A stretch of 64,000 nt of DNA from an uncultured Actinomycetes bacterium. Its GTDB lineage: Bacteria; Actinomycetota; Actinomycetes; Mycobacteriales; Mycobacteriaceae. The position numbers were made by a program, and so were the translations under genes. The notes under the pieces are model-generated. The model saw nothing but the letters and a program-made list of their open reading frames with translations, was not told where the DNA came from and ran no database searches. Numbering within the stretch: the stretch's first letter is position 1; every line of letters begins with the position of its first letter. Shown here piece by piece: positions 29,384-39,496 of this stretch. The stretch is from the NCBI GenBank assembly GCA_903877095.1, contig CAIRCP010000080.1:4259-68258 (forward strand). Reading direction: 5' to 3'.

Positions 29384-30475
29384 ATGCGAGGGGAAAAAGT
29401 GAGTGCAGTGTTGATGACCGGGTTCCCGGGTTTCCTCGGGTCGGCCCTACTCCCAGGGATCCTCGCCAAGCGGGAAGGGGCTATCGCCATCTGCATCGTG
29501 CAGGCGAGGCACATGGATACCGCGAAGGCCAAACTGGCCGAGATTGCGGCAGCCCAACCCCACACCGTGGACCGGGTTCAACTCGTCGAGGGCGACATCA
29601 CGGTGCGGGGACTCGGGCTGTCCGATTCCGTCGGCGACGACGTGACCGAAGTCTGGCACCTGGCGGCCGTCTACGACCTTTCGGTACCCGAGGACATCGC
29701 CAAGCGGGTCAACATCGTCGGCACCGAGAACGTCCTGCAGTTCTGCCGGGAGCGGTCGAACTTCCGTCGACTGCAGTACGTGAGCACCTGCTACGTCTCC
29801 GGCGCCTACGACGGCGAGTTCACCGAGGAGATGCTGGAGGAGGGGCAGAAGTTCCAAAACCATTACGAGGAAACCAAATACGAAGCCGAGCGACTCGTGC
29901 GCGCGGCGATCGCCGAGGGACTGCCGGCGACCATCTACCGCCCCGGCATCGTGGTGGGGGACTCGCGAACCGGGGAGACCCAGAAGTACGACGGGCCCTA
30001 CTTCGTCGCCGACTACATGAAGCGCCTGCCCGGCGCGACGTTCCTGCCGAACGTCGACAAGACGGTCATGGCATCGCTGGTTCCGCGGGACTACGTCATC
30101 GCGGCGATGGACGCACTGAGCGCTCTCGACCGTTCCGAGGGCAAGACCTACCAGTTGACCGACCCTGATCCGCCGTCAGCCCGCGAGGTGGCCGAGATCT
30201 TCGGCAAGCACCTCGGTAAGCGGCTGGTCTGGCTGCCCATCCCGGTATCGGTCGTGCGCGGACTGATCGCCACGGTCCCCGGGATGGAACTGCTCACCGG
30301 TCTGCCCGCGGAGACCCTGGACTACTTCGCCTTCCCCACCAAGTATGGCACCGCGCAGACCGTCGCCGACCTCGAAGGCACCGGGGTCTCCTGCCCCCAT
30401 TTCCGCGACTACGCCGACAAGCTGCTCGACTTCATGGCAGCCCACCCGGAGTTCGACTCCAAAGCAATGACCTGA
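29384..30475 (+). CDS. NAD(P)-dependent SDR, thioester/fatty acyl reductase-like (NAD_binding_4 type)
   Basis: VLMTGFPGFLGS Rossmann motif, YEETKYEAERLV (YxxxK) and ATIYRPGIVVGDSRTGE are typical of terminal thioester-reductase / male-sterility-type acyl reductases. The real start is probably GTG 29399, preceded by GAGGGGAAAAA. Confidence 0.8.
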   Translation: MRGEKVSAVLMTGFPGFLGSALLPGILAKREGAIAICIVQARHMDTAKAKLAEIAAAQPHTVDRVQLVEGDITVRGLGLSDSVGDDVTEVWHLAAVYDLSVPEDIAKRVNIVGTENVLQFCRERSNFRRLQYVSTCYVSGAYDGEFTEEMLEEGQKFQNHYEETKYEAERLVRAAIAEGLPATIYRPGIVVGDSRTGETQKYDGPYFVADYMKRLPGATFLPNVDKTVMASLVPRDYVIAAMDALSALDRSEGKTYQLTDPDPPSAREVAEIFGKHLGKRLVWLPIPVSVVRGLIATVPGMELLTGLPAETLDYFAFPTKYGTAQTVADLEGTGVSCPHFRDYADKLLDFMAAHPEFDSKAMT

Positions 30476-32556
30476 AAAGAGATCCCATTACTGAGCAGAA
30501 GCCATCGCTGGTCGTCAACATCAGCCTGAGCGGCCCCGGGCGGGACTACGACCAGACCGTGGAGTTCCTCGGACAATCCTTCCGCATCGTCCGGGTGGGC
30601 ACCGACGGCAGCGTCAAGCGGGCAATCGAAGAACTGCGCAAGTGGTCGGGCCGGGCCGCGGCCATCGGGGTCAGCGGAGTCCACGACGCTGAGGTATCCG
30701 GAACGTGCAAGGGCAATCCCGCCAAGCTTCGCAAGGCCGCAGACGCCACCAGCGGGGCGTTCGTCACCGATGGCCATCGGTTGCGCAACGTATTGCAGGA
30801 GTGGACCATTCGGCATCTGTCCGGCGAGATGCCCGGCTACTTCGCCAATGCGCGAGTGGTCGTGCTGGGCGGTCGAAACCACTACCGCACCACCCGCGTG
30901 CTCTCGGAGAGCACGCAGAACCTGCGGTTCGCCGACCCGGCGGTGGAGTACGGCCTGTCCGACATTCACACCCCGTTCGAGGTGTTCGAGCGCTTCGTGT
31001 CGGCCTCGGGCTGGTTTGTCGAGAGGATGCCCTCCGCGGTGGTGTCGGCGGCCACCGGTCCGGGCCGGAAGTTCATCGAGGCCAGGGTCCGCACGGCCCT
31101 GCAGGACTGCGACGTTGTGGTGGCGACCTTCGCAGAACTCGCTCAGTTCGAGTTGGACGACCTGAAGGGCAAGACCCTTATCTCCACGTCCATCGACGAG
31201 GAGCGGCTGAACAGCCTGCGGGAGCGCGGAATTGACCTCATTCTCGACGATGTGCCGCAGCCGTTCGACGGGTTGGTGGTCAATGAGGCGACGCTTGAGG
31301 CGCTGATGCTGGTGGCGGGCGAGGCCGAGGAGTCACGACTGACCGACGACGACCTGCTCGAGATGATCCAGTCGGCCGAGTTGGAGCCGAGGATTCTCTA
31401 CCCGAGTGGCTTCAAGCGGAGGTCCCGGTTCGCTTTCGTGATTCACCCGCTGTCCCAGGAGTACTTCCGCAATGTGAAGGCCCTCGATGCCGTCGCCGAC
31501 GTGACACCTGGGATCTTCATGGATGGCGTGGAGAAGCTGATGGCACATGCGCCGCCGTTCGTCTACAGCCATGTCACCGGGATCACGTCGCCGACGGGTG
31601 CTGAGGTTGAGGGCTGGCTCATCACCGTGGGCGGCACCCCCAAGGAACTGATGGCGCACGATCCGGAGTTCACCTACTCGCGCCTACTCGCCGCGGCCGA
31701 CATGGCGCAGAAGATGGGCGCCCAGATCATGGGCCTCGGCGCGTTCACCAAGGTCGTCGGCGACGCCGGTGTGACGGTGGCCAAGCGCGCACCGCTTCCC
31801 ATCACCACGGGCAACTCCTACAGCGCCTCGGGTGCGCTGTGGGCCGCCCACGACGCGGTCCGCCGACTCGGCATCGCCGAAGTGGACGAGAAGGGACACA
31901 TCAAGGGCAAGGCGATGGTGGTCGGCGCGACCGGCGCGATCGGCTCGGTGTGTGCGCGACTTCTGGCGATGGCCGCCGACGAGTTGTGGCTGGTCTCCAT
32001 CGAACCGGCAAAGCTGTTGGCGCTCAAGGCTGATATCGAGCGGGAGAACCCGCGGGCGACGATCTATGTGGGTGCCAGCGCCGACGAGCACATCGCCGAC
32101 ATGGACGTCATCGTCACGGCCACCTCGGGGGCCGGCAAAAAGGTGCTCGACATCATGAAGGTGAAGCCGGGCGCGGTCATCACCGACGTCGCGCGGCCGT
32201 TGGACCTGTCGGCAGAGGACGTCGCCAAGCGGCCCGATGTGCTGGTCATCGAGTCCGGGGAGATCGAACTGCCCGGCGATCCGCAGATGAAGGGAATCGG
32301 CCTGCCCAAGGGCGTCGCCTACGCCTGCCTGGCCGAGACCATCGTCCTAGCGCTGGAGGGCCGCTACGAGACGTTCACCGTCGGTCGCAATATCGAATGG
32401 GAGAAGGTCAAGGAGATCTATCGGCTCGGGCTGAAGCACGGCATGAAGCTCGCGGCGATCTCCGGTGTCAACGGGGTCTATACCGACGCCGACCTCGCCA
32501 AGATCCGGGAGTTGGCGCTGGCCAAGCGGGAGGAATTGGCAGCGTCCCAGTCCTGA
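30472..32556 (+). CDS. two-part protein: unknown N-terminal ~300 aa + C-terminal acyl-ACP reductase (AAR)-like / shikimate-DH-like NAD(P) domain
   Basis: The C-terminal half matches remembered cyanobacterial AAR motifs in order: FAFVIHPLS, GLGAFTKVVGD, ITTGNSYSA, MVVGATGAIGS, then YACLAETIVLALEGRYETFTVGRNIEWEKV, which includes the Cys aligning with the AAR catalytic Cys. Coding-looking sequence extends upstream of the first GTG (30559) to a CTG at 30472 that overlaps the upstream TGA. Confidence 0.75.
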   Translation: MKRDPITEQKPSLVVNISLSGPGRDYDQTVEFLGQSFRIVRVGTDGSVKRAIEELRKWSGRAAAIGVSGVHDAEVSGTCKGNPAKLRKAADATSGAFVTDGHRLRNVLQEWTIRHLSGEMPGYFANARVVVLGGRNHYRTTRVLSESTQNLRFADPAVEYGLSDIHTPFEVFERFVSASGWFVERMPSAVVSAATGPGRKFIEARVRTALQDCDVVVATFAELAQFELDDLKGKTLISTSIDEERLNSLRERGIDLILDDVPQPFDGLVVNEATLEALMLVAGEAEESRLTDDDLLEMIQSAELEPRILYPSGFKRRSRFAFVIHPLSQEYFRNVKALDAVADVTPGIFMDGVEKLMAHAPPFVYSHVTGITSPTGAEVEGWLITVGGTPKELMAHDPEFTYSRLLAAADMAQKMGAQIMGLGAFTKVVGDAGVTVAKRAPLPITTGNSYSASGALWAAHDAVRRLGIAEVDEKGHIKGKAMVVGATGAIGSVCARLLAMAADELWLVSIEPAKLLALKADIERENPRATIYVGASADEHIADMDVIVTATSGAGKKVLDIMKVKPGAVITDVARPLDLSAEDVAKRPDVLVIESGEIELPGDPQMKGIGLPKGVAYACLAETIVLALEGRYETFTVGRNIEWEKVKEIYRLGLKHGMKLAAISGVNGVYTDADLAKIRELALAKREELAASQS

Positions 32557-32597
32557 TCAGCGTCCTGATCGCCCCGGAGTGAATCGTTGCGAAGCCC

Positions 32598-33167
32598 TCA
32601 GCTGTTGGTGGCGAGGGTCAATTCCATCAGCTTGATCGCCTGGGCGCACGCATCGATCCCCGGCGTCTGCGGATTCACCCACCAGCCGACCACACCGGCG
32701 GCGTCGCTGGCCACCCCGCAGCCGCCGTTGGGATCGTTGCCGCGCATGACGATCGAGGCGATGCCGTTGATCGAGCGGTTCTCGGTCTTGTACTTCAGGA
32801 AGTCGGCGACCTTGCGTTCGTTGTCGAGGCTGCCCTGCTCGTACCAGAACCGGGTGATGTCGATCAGACCGGCCGGATTGAGCGCCTGCCAGCGGCATAC
32901 GGCGCCGACGAACGTGCTCTGGATGTCGAGCGGATCCGCGCCCACCGTCTTGGCCAGCACGTCTGTGGTCAGCACGTCGCATTCCTTGAGCAAGTTCGGG
33001 TACTTGTCGGCGGAATTCTCACCCCGCGAACTTCCCGTCCCGGCCTTCATCGCAGTGCCGCCGACGGTCTGGGCGCAACCGGCCGTCAGCAACGCGGGAA
33101 CGACGAGCGTCGCGACCAGCCCCGCGGTGGTCCGTCGCCGTATCGAAGGTCGCATCGGACGGCTCAT
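32598..33167 (-). CDS. lprC: DUF3558-family lipoprotein (LprC-like)
   Basis: Signal peptide with lipobox LLTAGC. 189 aa. Paired by an ATGA overlap with a paralogue, and sits next to the ABC exporter pair as Rv1275 does. Confidence 0.7.
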   Translation of the reverse strand: MSRPMRPSIRRRTTAGLVATLVVPALLTAGCAQTVGGTAMKAGTGSSRGENSADKYPNLLKECDVLTTDVLAKTVGADPLDIQSTFVGAVCRWQALNPAGLIDITRFWYEQGSLDNERKVADFLKYKTENRSINGIASIVMRGNDPNGGCGVASDAAGVVGWWVNPQTPGIDACAQAIKLMELTLATNS

Positions 33168-33724
33168 TTCGCGTTCACAATCGATTGGCGGGTCAACTCT
33201 TTGGCGACGTCACAGGCCGGCGGGAAGGGCTTCTTGTCGAAGCTGATCGACCACTCGATGAAGTCGTCGTCGAACTGGATCGCGATCTCGCACAGGCTGT
33301 CGCCCAGCGTCGGGTCGGACCCCACCGCGACCCAGCCGTCGTGGCCCTCGATCTTGATGTCTTCGACGCTGGTGCGGGTCAGTTCCTCGGTCTTGCGTTC
33401 CCGTCCGATCGGGCTGCCGCGGTACCAGCTGAACGAGAAGTGCGGCCCAACAATGCCCCCGCCGGCCAGCCACTGGCAGCCGACGGAGTTGACCGCCGTC
33501 TTGAGCAGACCGTTCACCCTGGTCTGCTCGGCGATGGTCTGGTCGCTGACGCCGCCGCATTCGGCGAACATCGGGCCGTGTTTGCCGTTTCCGGCGACCG
33601 GGCCGCTCTGCCCCGGTTGATCGGCGGACTGGGGCTGATCGGTCTTCGACGATGACGAACACGCCGGCAGCGTGCCAATCGCCAGGACGGCCAATCCGGC
33701 CGCGAAAATACGCGCCGCGGTCAT
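33164..33724 (-). CDS. lprB: DUF3558-family lipoprotein (LprB-like)
   Basis: Signal peptide with lipobox-like TLPACS. 186 aa. Paralogous to the downstream gene (conserved C..W..G pattern). Confidence 0.7.
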   Translation of the reverse strand: MTAARIFAAGLAVLAIGTLPACSSSSKTDQPQSADQPGQSGPVAGNGKHGPMFAECGGVSDQTIAEQTRVNGLLKTAVNSVGCQWLAGGGIVGPHFSFSWYRGSPIGRERKTEELTRTSVEDIKIEGHDGWVAVGSDPTLGDSLCEIAIQFDDDFIEWSISFDKKPFPPACDVAKELTRQSIVNAK

Positions 33725-33820
33725 GCGGACCTGCTGCTTCTCACAGCATGCACTGTAGCGGCACCGGCTGCAGCACCCGTTGAGATACCGGCTGAACTGC
33801 CAGTTTGCCGGTCAGGCAGG

Positions 33821-35587
33821 GTGTGGGACAGTAGCGAAATGCTCCTGGCGCTGCTGCGGCGGTTCGTCCCGCCGTACCGGTGGCTGGTCGCGGGGGTAGT
33901 GGTGGCGCAGATCCTCAGCGCGCTGGCTTCGCTATACCTGCCTACGGTGAACGCAGCCCTCATCGACGACGGCGTCGCCAAAGGCAACACCGCGCTGATC
34001 GCCCGATTGGGCCTGGTGATGCTGGGGGTGACGGGCGCACAGGCGGTATGCGCGGTGGCCGCGGTGTATTTCGGTTCGCGCACCGGGATGGGCGTCGGCC
34101 GTGATCTGCGGTCAGCACTGTTCGGTCGGGTCCTGGGCTTCTCCGAGCACGAGACCAACCGTTTCTCGGCGGCGTCGCTGCTGACCCGGACCACCAACGA
34201 CGTCCAGCAGATCCAGGTGCTGGTGCAGGTGACGGCCGGGGTTCTGGTGACCGCGCCGATCATGTGCGTCGGCGGGATCGCCATGGCGATCCACCAGGAC
34301 CCCGGGCTGTCGTGGCTGCTGCTGGTCAGCGTTCCGGTGCTCGCGATCAGCAACTACCTCATCGTCACGCGCATGCTGCCGGTGTTCCGCAGCATGCAGC
34401 GCCGGATCGACGCCATCAACCGGGTCCTGCGGGAGGAATTGTCCGGGATCCGGGTGGTGCGGGCGTTCGCCCGGGAAGGTATTGAACAGCAGCGTTTCGG
34501 CGAGGCCAACGATGCCGTTTCGGATGCCGCATTGACCGCCGGCCGCTGGCAGGCACTGATGCTGCCGGTCACCACGTTGACCATCAACCTGTCCAGCGTC
34601 GCGCTGATCTGGTTCGGCGGCATCGGCATTGACGCCGGCCGCATGCAGGTCGGATCGCTGTTCGCGTTCCTGTCCTACTTCATGCAGATCCTGATGGCCG
34701 TGCTGATGGCCACCCTGGTGCTGGTGATGCTGCCGCGCGCCGCGGTGTGCGCCGAACGCATCACCGAGGTGCTCGACACCAGCACCACGGTGAGCAGCCC
34801 GGAGTCGCCGCAACGCCCGCCGGGCGGCATCCGCGGCGAGGTGTCCCTCGACCACATCACGTTCAGCTACCCGGGAGCCGAACGCCCGGTGCTGCAGGAC
34901 GTCACCCTCACCGCCTCCCCCGGGACGACGACGGCGGTGGTGGGCGGCACCGGATCGGGGAAGTCGACGCTGGTGGGCCTGATCTGCCGGTTGTACGACG
35001 TAACCGGCGGCGCGGTGCGCGTCGACGGGATCGACGTCCGCGACTACGACCCCGATGAGCTGTGGTCGGCGTTGGGACTGGTCCCCCAACGCGGATACCT
35101 GTTCTCCGGCACCGTCGCCGACAACCTGCAGATGGGCGCGGCCCCAGGACACGTGGCCACCGACGAACAGATGTGGGAGGCGCTGCGAGTGGCCGCGGCC
35201 GACGACTTCGTCCGGGCGCATCCCGACGGCCTGGCCATGCGGATCGCGCAGGGCGGCATCAACCTCTCCGGTGGCCAACGCCAACGGCTGGCGATCGCCC
35301 GCGCGGTGATCCGCCGGCCGGCGATCTATCTGTTCGACGACGCGCTGTCCGCTCTCGACGTGCACACCGACGCCCGGGTGCGGGCGGCCCTGCGGGACGT
35401 TTCAGTGCAGGCCACGGTGATCATTGTCGCCCAACGGGTTTCGACGGTCGCCGGCGCCGATCAGATCGTCGTACTCGACGACGGACGGGTAGTAGGGGCG
35501 GGCACCCATGACCGGCTGGTGCGGGAGTGCCCGGTCTATGCCGAACTGGTGGATTCGCAGTGCGTCGAGGCCGGAGAGGACAGGTGA
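33821..35587 (+). CDS. ABC transporter, fused permease/ATP-binding exporter (type I exporter half-transporter)
   Basis: Six-helix TMD followed by an NBD with [23 protein letters not shown] and [12 protein letters not shown]. Rv1273c-like. Confidence 0.9.
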   Translation: MWDSSEMLLALLRRFVPPYRWLVAGVVVAQILSALASLYLPTVNAALIDDGVAKGNTALIARLGLVMLGVTGAQAVCAVAAVYFGSRTGMGVGRDLRSALFGRVLGFSEHETNRFSAASLLTRTTNDVQQIQVLVQVTAGVLVTAPIMCVGGIAMAIHQDPGLSWLLLVSVPVLAISNYLIVTRMLPVFRSMQRRIDAINRVLREELSGIRVVRAFAREGIEQQRFGEANDAVSDAALTAGRWQALMLPVTTLTINLSSVALIWFGGIGIDAGRMQVGSLFAFLSYFMQILMAVLMATLVLVMLPRAAVCAERITEVLDTSTTVSSPESPQRPPGGIRGEVSLDHITFSYPGAERPVLQDVTLTASPGTTTAVVGGTGSGKSTLVGLICRLYDVTGGAVRVDGIDVRDYDPDELWSALGLVPQRGYLFSGTVADNLQMGAAPGHVATDEQMWEALRVAAADDFVRAHPDGLAMRIAQGGINLSGGQRQRLAIARAVIRRPAIYLFDDALSALDVHTDARVRAALRDVSVQATVIIVAQRVSTVAGADQIVVLDDGRVVGAGTHDRLVRECPVYAELVDSQCVEAGEDR

Positions 35588-37485
35588 GCGCACCACCGAT
35601 GCGCGCCGGGGTACGGGCGATGCTGGCCGACCCCGCCAACGCCCGCCCGCGGGACTTCCGCGGCTCGGTGCGACGGCTGTTCAGCCGGTTGGGTCCGCAG
35701 CGCGGACTCCTGGCGGCGGTGGTGGCGATGTCGCTGGCCGGGATCGGGCTGTCGGTGATCGGCCCGCGGGTGCTCGGCCATGCCACCGACCTGTTGTTCA
35801 ACGGCGCCGTCGGGCGTCGGCTGCCGGCCGGGATCAGCAAGGATGAAGCGGTCGCGCAGGCGCGGGCGCGGGGCGACGGCACCTTTGCCGACATGCTGTC
35901 CAGGATGAACGTGACACCGGGCCACGGTGTCGACTTCGCGGCCGTCGGGCGCACCCTGCTGCTCGCGCTGGTGCTGTATGTGCTTGCCGCGTTGTTGATC
36001 TGGGGTCAGGCCCGGCTGCTCAACGTCGTCGTCCAGCGGACCATCACCGCCCTGCGCGCCGAGGTGGAGGCCAAGATCCACCGACTCCCGTTGTCCTACT
36101 TCGATTCCCGGCAGCGCGGCGAATTGCTCAGTCGGGTCACCAACGACGTGGACAACATTCAGACGTCGGTGTCGATGACGGTCAGTCAGTTGCTCACCTC
36201 CGTCCTGACCGTCGTCGCGGTGCTGGTGATGATGGTGGTCATATCGCCGCTGCTGGCATTGATCACGGTGGCGGGAGTGCCTCTGTCGCTGTGGGCGATT
36301 CGGGCCATCACCCGGCGCTCACGGACGATGTTCGTCGCGCAGTGGACCAACACCGGCAAGCTCAACGCCCACATCGAGGAGACCTACAGCGGCTTCACCG
36401 TGGTGCGGACGTTCGGCCACCGCGAGTCGGCGCAGCGAAAGTTCGCCGCCCTCAACGACGACGTCTACCACGCCGGGTTCGGCGCACAGTTCTTCTCCGG
36501 TCTGGTCGGCCCGGCCAGCATGCTGGTCGGCAATCTCAGCTACGTCGCGGTCGCCGTCGTGGGCGGATACCAGGTCGCGACCGGCCAGACCACCCTGGGC
36601 AGCGTTCAGGCCTTCATCCAGTACGTCCGCCAGTTCAACCAGCCCATCGGCCAGGTGGCGGGGATGTACAACACCTTGCAGTCCGGGGTGGCCAGCGCCG
36701 AGCGAGTGTTCGACTTCCTCGACGAGCCTGAGGAATCCCCCTCCCCCGCAACGGTATTGCCGGCCGGTGTGGGACGGGTGGAGTTCCGCAACGTCACGTT
36801 CGGCTACCGCGCGGACTGCCCGGTGCTGCACGACGTGTCGCTGGTGGCCGAGCCCGGCAGCACGGTCGCCATCGTCGGGCCCACCGGGGCCGGGAAGACC
36901 ACGCTGGTGAACCTGCTGATGCGGTTCTACGACGTCGATTCCGGCCACATCCTGATCGACGGCGTGGACATCGCCACGGTGAGCCGGCAGTCGCTGCGGT
37001 CGCGGATCGGGATGGTGCTGCAGGACACCTGGCTGTTCGCCGGGACCATCGCCGACAACATCGCGTTCGGCCGACCCGATGCCAGCCGTGAGGAGGTCGT
37101 CGAGGCGGCTCGCGCCGCTTACGTGGACCGGTTCGTTCGATCGCTGCCGGACGGCTACGAAACCCCGGTGGGCGACGACGGTGGCGGCATCAGCGCCGGG
37201 GAGAAACAACTGATCACCATCGCCCGCGCGTTCCTAACCCGCCCGCAGCTGCTGATCCTCGACGAGGCCACCAGTTCGGTGGATACCCGGACCGAGTTGC
37301 AGGTCCAGCAGGCGATGGTCGAATTACGCAGCGGCCGAACGAGTTTCATCATCGCGCACCGTCTGTCGACCATCCGGGATGCCGACCTGATCGTCGTGAT
37401 GGACGGCGGCCGGGTCGTCGAGCAGGGCAGCCCCGCGGAGCTGCTGACGCGCCGCGGGGCCTACTGGGCGATGGCCCAGGCCTGA
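35584..37485 (+). CDS. ABC transporter, fused permease/ATP-binding exporter (partner half-transporter)
   Basis: GTGA overlap with the upstream gene. TMD plus NBD with [23 protein letters not shown] and [12 protein letters not shown]. Rv1272c-like. Confidence 0.9.
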   Translation: MSAPPMRAGVRAMLADPANARPRDFRGSVRRLFSRLGPQRGLLAAVVAMSLAGIGLSVIGPRVLGHATDLLFNGAVGRRLPAGISKDEAVAQARARGDGTFADMLSRMNVTPGHGVDFAAVGRTLLLALVLYVLAALLIWGQARLLNVVVQRTITALRAEVEAKIHRLPLSYFDSRQRGELLSRVTNDVDNIQTSVSMTVSQLLTSVLTVVAVLVMMVVISPLLALITVAGVPLSLWAIRAITRRSRTMFVAQWTNTGKLNAHIEETYSGFTVVRTFGHRESAQRKFAALNDDVYHAGFGAQFFSGLVGPASMLVGNLSYVAVAVVGGYQVATGQTTLGSVQAFIQYVRQFNQPIGQVAGMYNTLQSGVASAERVFDFLDEPEESPSPATVLPAGVGRVEFRNVTFGYRADCPVLHDVSLVAEPGSTVAIVGPTGAGKTTLVNLLMRFYDVDSGHILIDGVDIATVSRQSLRSRIGMVLQDTWLFAGTIADNIAFGRPDASREEVVEAARAAYVDRFVRSLPDGYETPVGDDGGGISAGEKQLITIARAFLTRPQLLILDEATSSVDTRTELQVQQAMVELRSGRTSFIIAHRLSTIRDADLIVVMDGGRVVEQGSPAELLTRRGAYWAMAQA

Positions 37486-37497
37486 GGGTCGCGGGGT

Positions 37498-38058
37498 CTA
37501 GAGCCCCGGTCCCTCGGCCCGCAGATCGTCGACCTGCGCCATGGCGGCGCGCAGCTTGCCCAGCCATTCGTCGGCGTGATCGCCGACCAGGCGCACCGAC
37601 CAGGCCAGTGCGTCGGACCGCGACCGGGCGACGCCCGCGTCGACCAAGGTGTCCAGCACCCGGCGCTCCGACTGCTTGAGCCGGGTCATCACCGGTACGG
37701 CCAAGTGGGTGAACATGATCCGCTGCGGCTCATCGCCGGATCCGATGTCGAGACCCCAGGACACGGTTCGCCCGTACCGCGCCTGCGCCTCGTCGGCGAT
37801 CCGCATACGTTCGGAGCGGGTCTCTTCCCGGAACCGCGCCGCCCGCCCAGCGGCGCGGGCGCCGGATTGCGCGTCCGGCGTCTCAGCGAGGTGGCCGATC
37901 ACGGTGATCTCCTCCCGGTCGACGGTCACGGTGGGGTCACCGCTGAACCAGCCGTCGGGAAGACGGCCGGCGAACCAGTCCGGGGCGTCGGCGGCGTCGG
38001 GTTGGTCGGCGTGCTGCCAGCCGCCGGGCCGGCGGGTGTTGCTGCGATTCTCTTTCAT
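37498..38058 (-). CDS. hypothetical protein (C-terminal ribbon-helix-helix-like segment)
   Basis: 186-aa ORF in a coding-like frame. The C-terminal MTRLKQSERRVLDTLVDAGVARSRSDALAWSVRLV resembles an RHH/CopG-type motif. No confident family assignment. Confidence 0.55.
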   Translation of the reverse strand: MKENRSNTRRPGGWQHADQPDAADAPDWFAGRLPDGWFSGDPTVTVDREEITVIGHLAETPDAQSGARAAGRAARFREETRSERMRIADEAQARYGRTVSWGLDIGSGDEPQRIMFTHLAVPVMTRLKQSERRVLDTLVDAGVARSRSDALAWSVRLVGDHADEWLGKLRAAMAQVDDLRAEGPGL

Positions 38059-38096
38059 TAATTACACGATTACATCGTTACAACACTGTTGAAACC

Positions 38097-38375
38097 GTGT
38101 TCGCTGCGGGCGATAACGTCCCACTGAGCCGAAGTGCCCAGCAGGTGACCCGACGTTTGGATAATGACCTCATGGCAGGAAAAGAGATCGATCCTCAGCG
38201 TGCCCGCGCGGCGCGCGAAGTCGTCCGTCAACACCCGGGGATGGCGCTGTTCGCGGTGTCCCCCGTCCTGATCGCGACGGGATTGGTCTGGTGGCTGGTC
38301 AGCCCGGGCTGGGCGATCGTCCTGCTGGTCGCCGCCCTGGTGGCCGGCGGCATGGCGGTGCTGCGCAAGCGCTGA
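38097..38375 (+). CDS. small two-helix membrane protein (hypothetical)
   Basis: MALFAVSPVLIATGLVWWLVSPGWAIVLLVAALVAGGMAVLRKR forms a hydrophobic hairpin. The likely start is ATG 38172. The overlapping minus-strand frame is the out-of-frame tail of the decayed cyclase. Confidence 0.45.
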   Translation: MFAAGDNVPLSRSAQQVTRRLDNDLMAGKEIDPQRARAAREVVRQHPGMALFAVSPVLIATGLVWWLVSPGWAIVLLVAALVAGGMAVLRKR

Positions 38376-38384
38376 GCACGTGTA

Positions 38385-39496
38385 CTAGCTCCGATCGGGC
38401 AGTTCGGCCCGTCGCGCCCGGTACACCTTGACGTCTCCGGTGATGTTCTTGAACCGCTTGGGGCCGGCATACGCGGATCGTCGCCGATCTCCGCATAGGC
38501 CGATTCGGCGACCAACACGGCGCCGGGCCGCGCCGCCGAGGTGACCCGGCTGGCGAGGTTTACCGGGCTGCCGAACCAGTCGCCGGCCCGGCTCACCGCC
38601 GAGCCGTAGGCCACCCCGACCCGCAGGCGCGGCAGGCTGCCGTCCGCCTCGGCCGCGTCGACCAGGGTGAGGACGGCGTCCAATAGCGCTGCGGTGTCGG
38701 CGGATACGAACATCACCGCGTCCCCGATGGTCTTGATGAGCTTCACCGGCGCCGCCACCACCTCACGGGCCAGGCCAGCCAGCCGGTCGGCGAGTTGCTC
38801 GAGATCCTCGGGCGGCAGTTCCTCGCCCAGCCGGGTGAAGCCGACGAGGTCGGCGAAAGCGGCTCCGATCATCCGGGCACCGGGAATCGGCATACCCAAC
38901 GCGCGCTCACCGGCGGTGACCGCCTCGGACTGCAGCGCCTGGCGCAGCTGAAGCAGCAGCATGTCCTGGATCACCGGGCCCAGCAAGGGCGCGGCGCCGC
39001 CCAGCAAAGCCTCCGAGCCCCGCGCGATCTGCAATTCGCTCACGCCAGGGTGCAGAACCGCGCCGAGTGCGGCCGAGCGCATCTCCTCGGCCGCGTGTGA
39101 AAGCCCTTCGGCCAGAACACGAACCACCCTGAGCATGTCCTCCGGGGCGATCCCGAGATCGAGGAAGCGTTTGAGGTGAAACGCGGTGGCCGCGTCTGAG
39201 GCCGGGAACACTCTGGCATCGGGGTCTTCCACCTGCGGCTGGCCGGCGGCGCGCTGGAACCGCATCAACAGCTCGAGATCCAGCCCGGTCCGCTCGCTGA
39301 TCTGACGAGACGACACATAGGAACCGTCGTCGCCCAGCGCCCGGCGGGCCGGCAGCAGCATCGGCGCGAAGGAGTTCCGGATCTCCTCGACACCAATGCC
39401 CTGATCCACCAGCCAGCCGATCAACTGGGCACGTTCGTCGCGCGCCTCGCCGTCCAGTCCGTCGAGCAGGCCGGACGACTCGACGTCGAAACTCAT
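38385..39496 (-). pseudogene. Rv1264-type (pH-sensing) class III adenylate cyclase with C-terminal deletion/frameshift
   Basis: From ATG 39496 (ATGA overlap with the amidase stop): MSFDVESSGLLDGL..RVLAEGLSHAAE..LLGPVIQDML..AFADLVGFT..IKTIGDAVM..SRAGDWFGSPVNLASRV... After ..AYAEIGDDP the family continuation (S)AYAGPKRFKNITGDVKVYRARR..* is found only in another frame, with TAG at 38385-38387. The ATG frame instead runs on to 38228. Confidence 0.75.
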
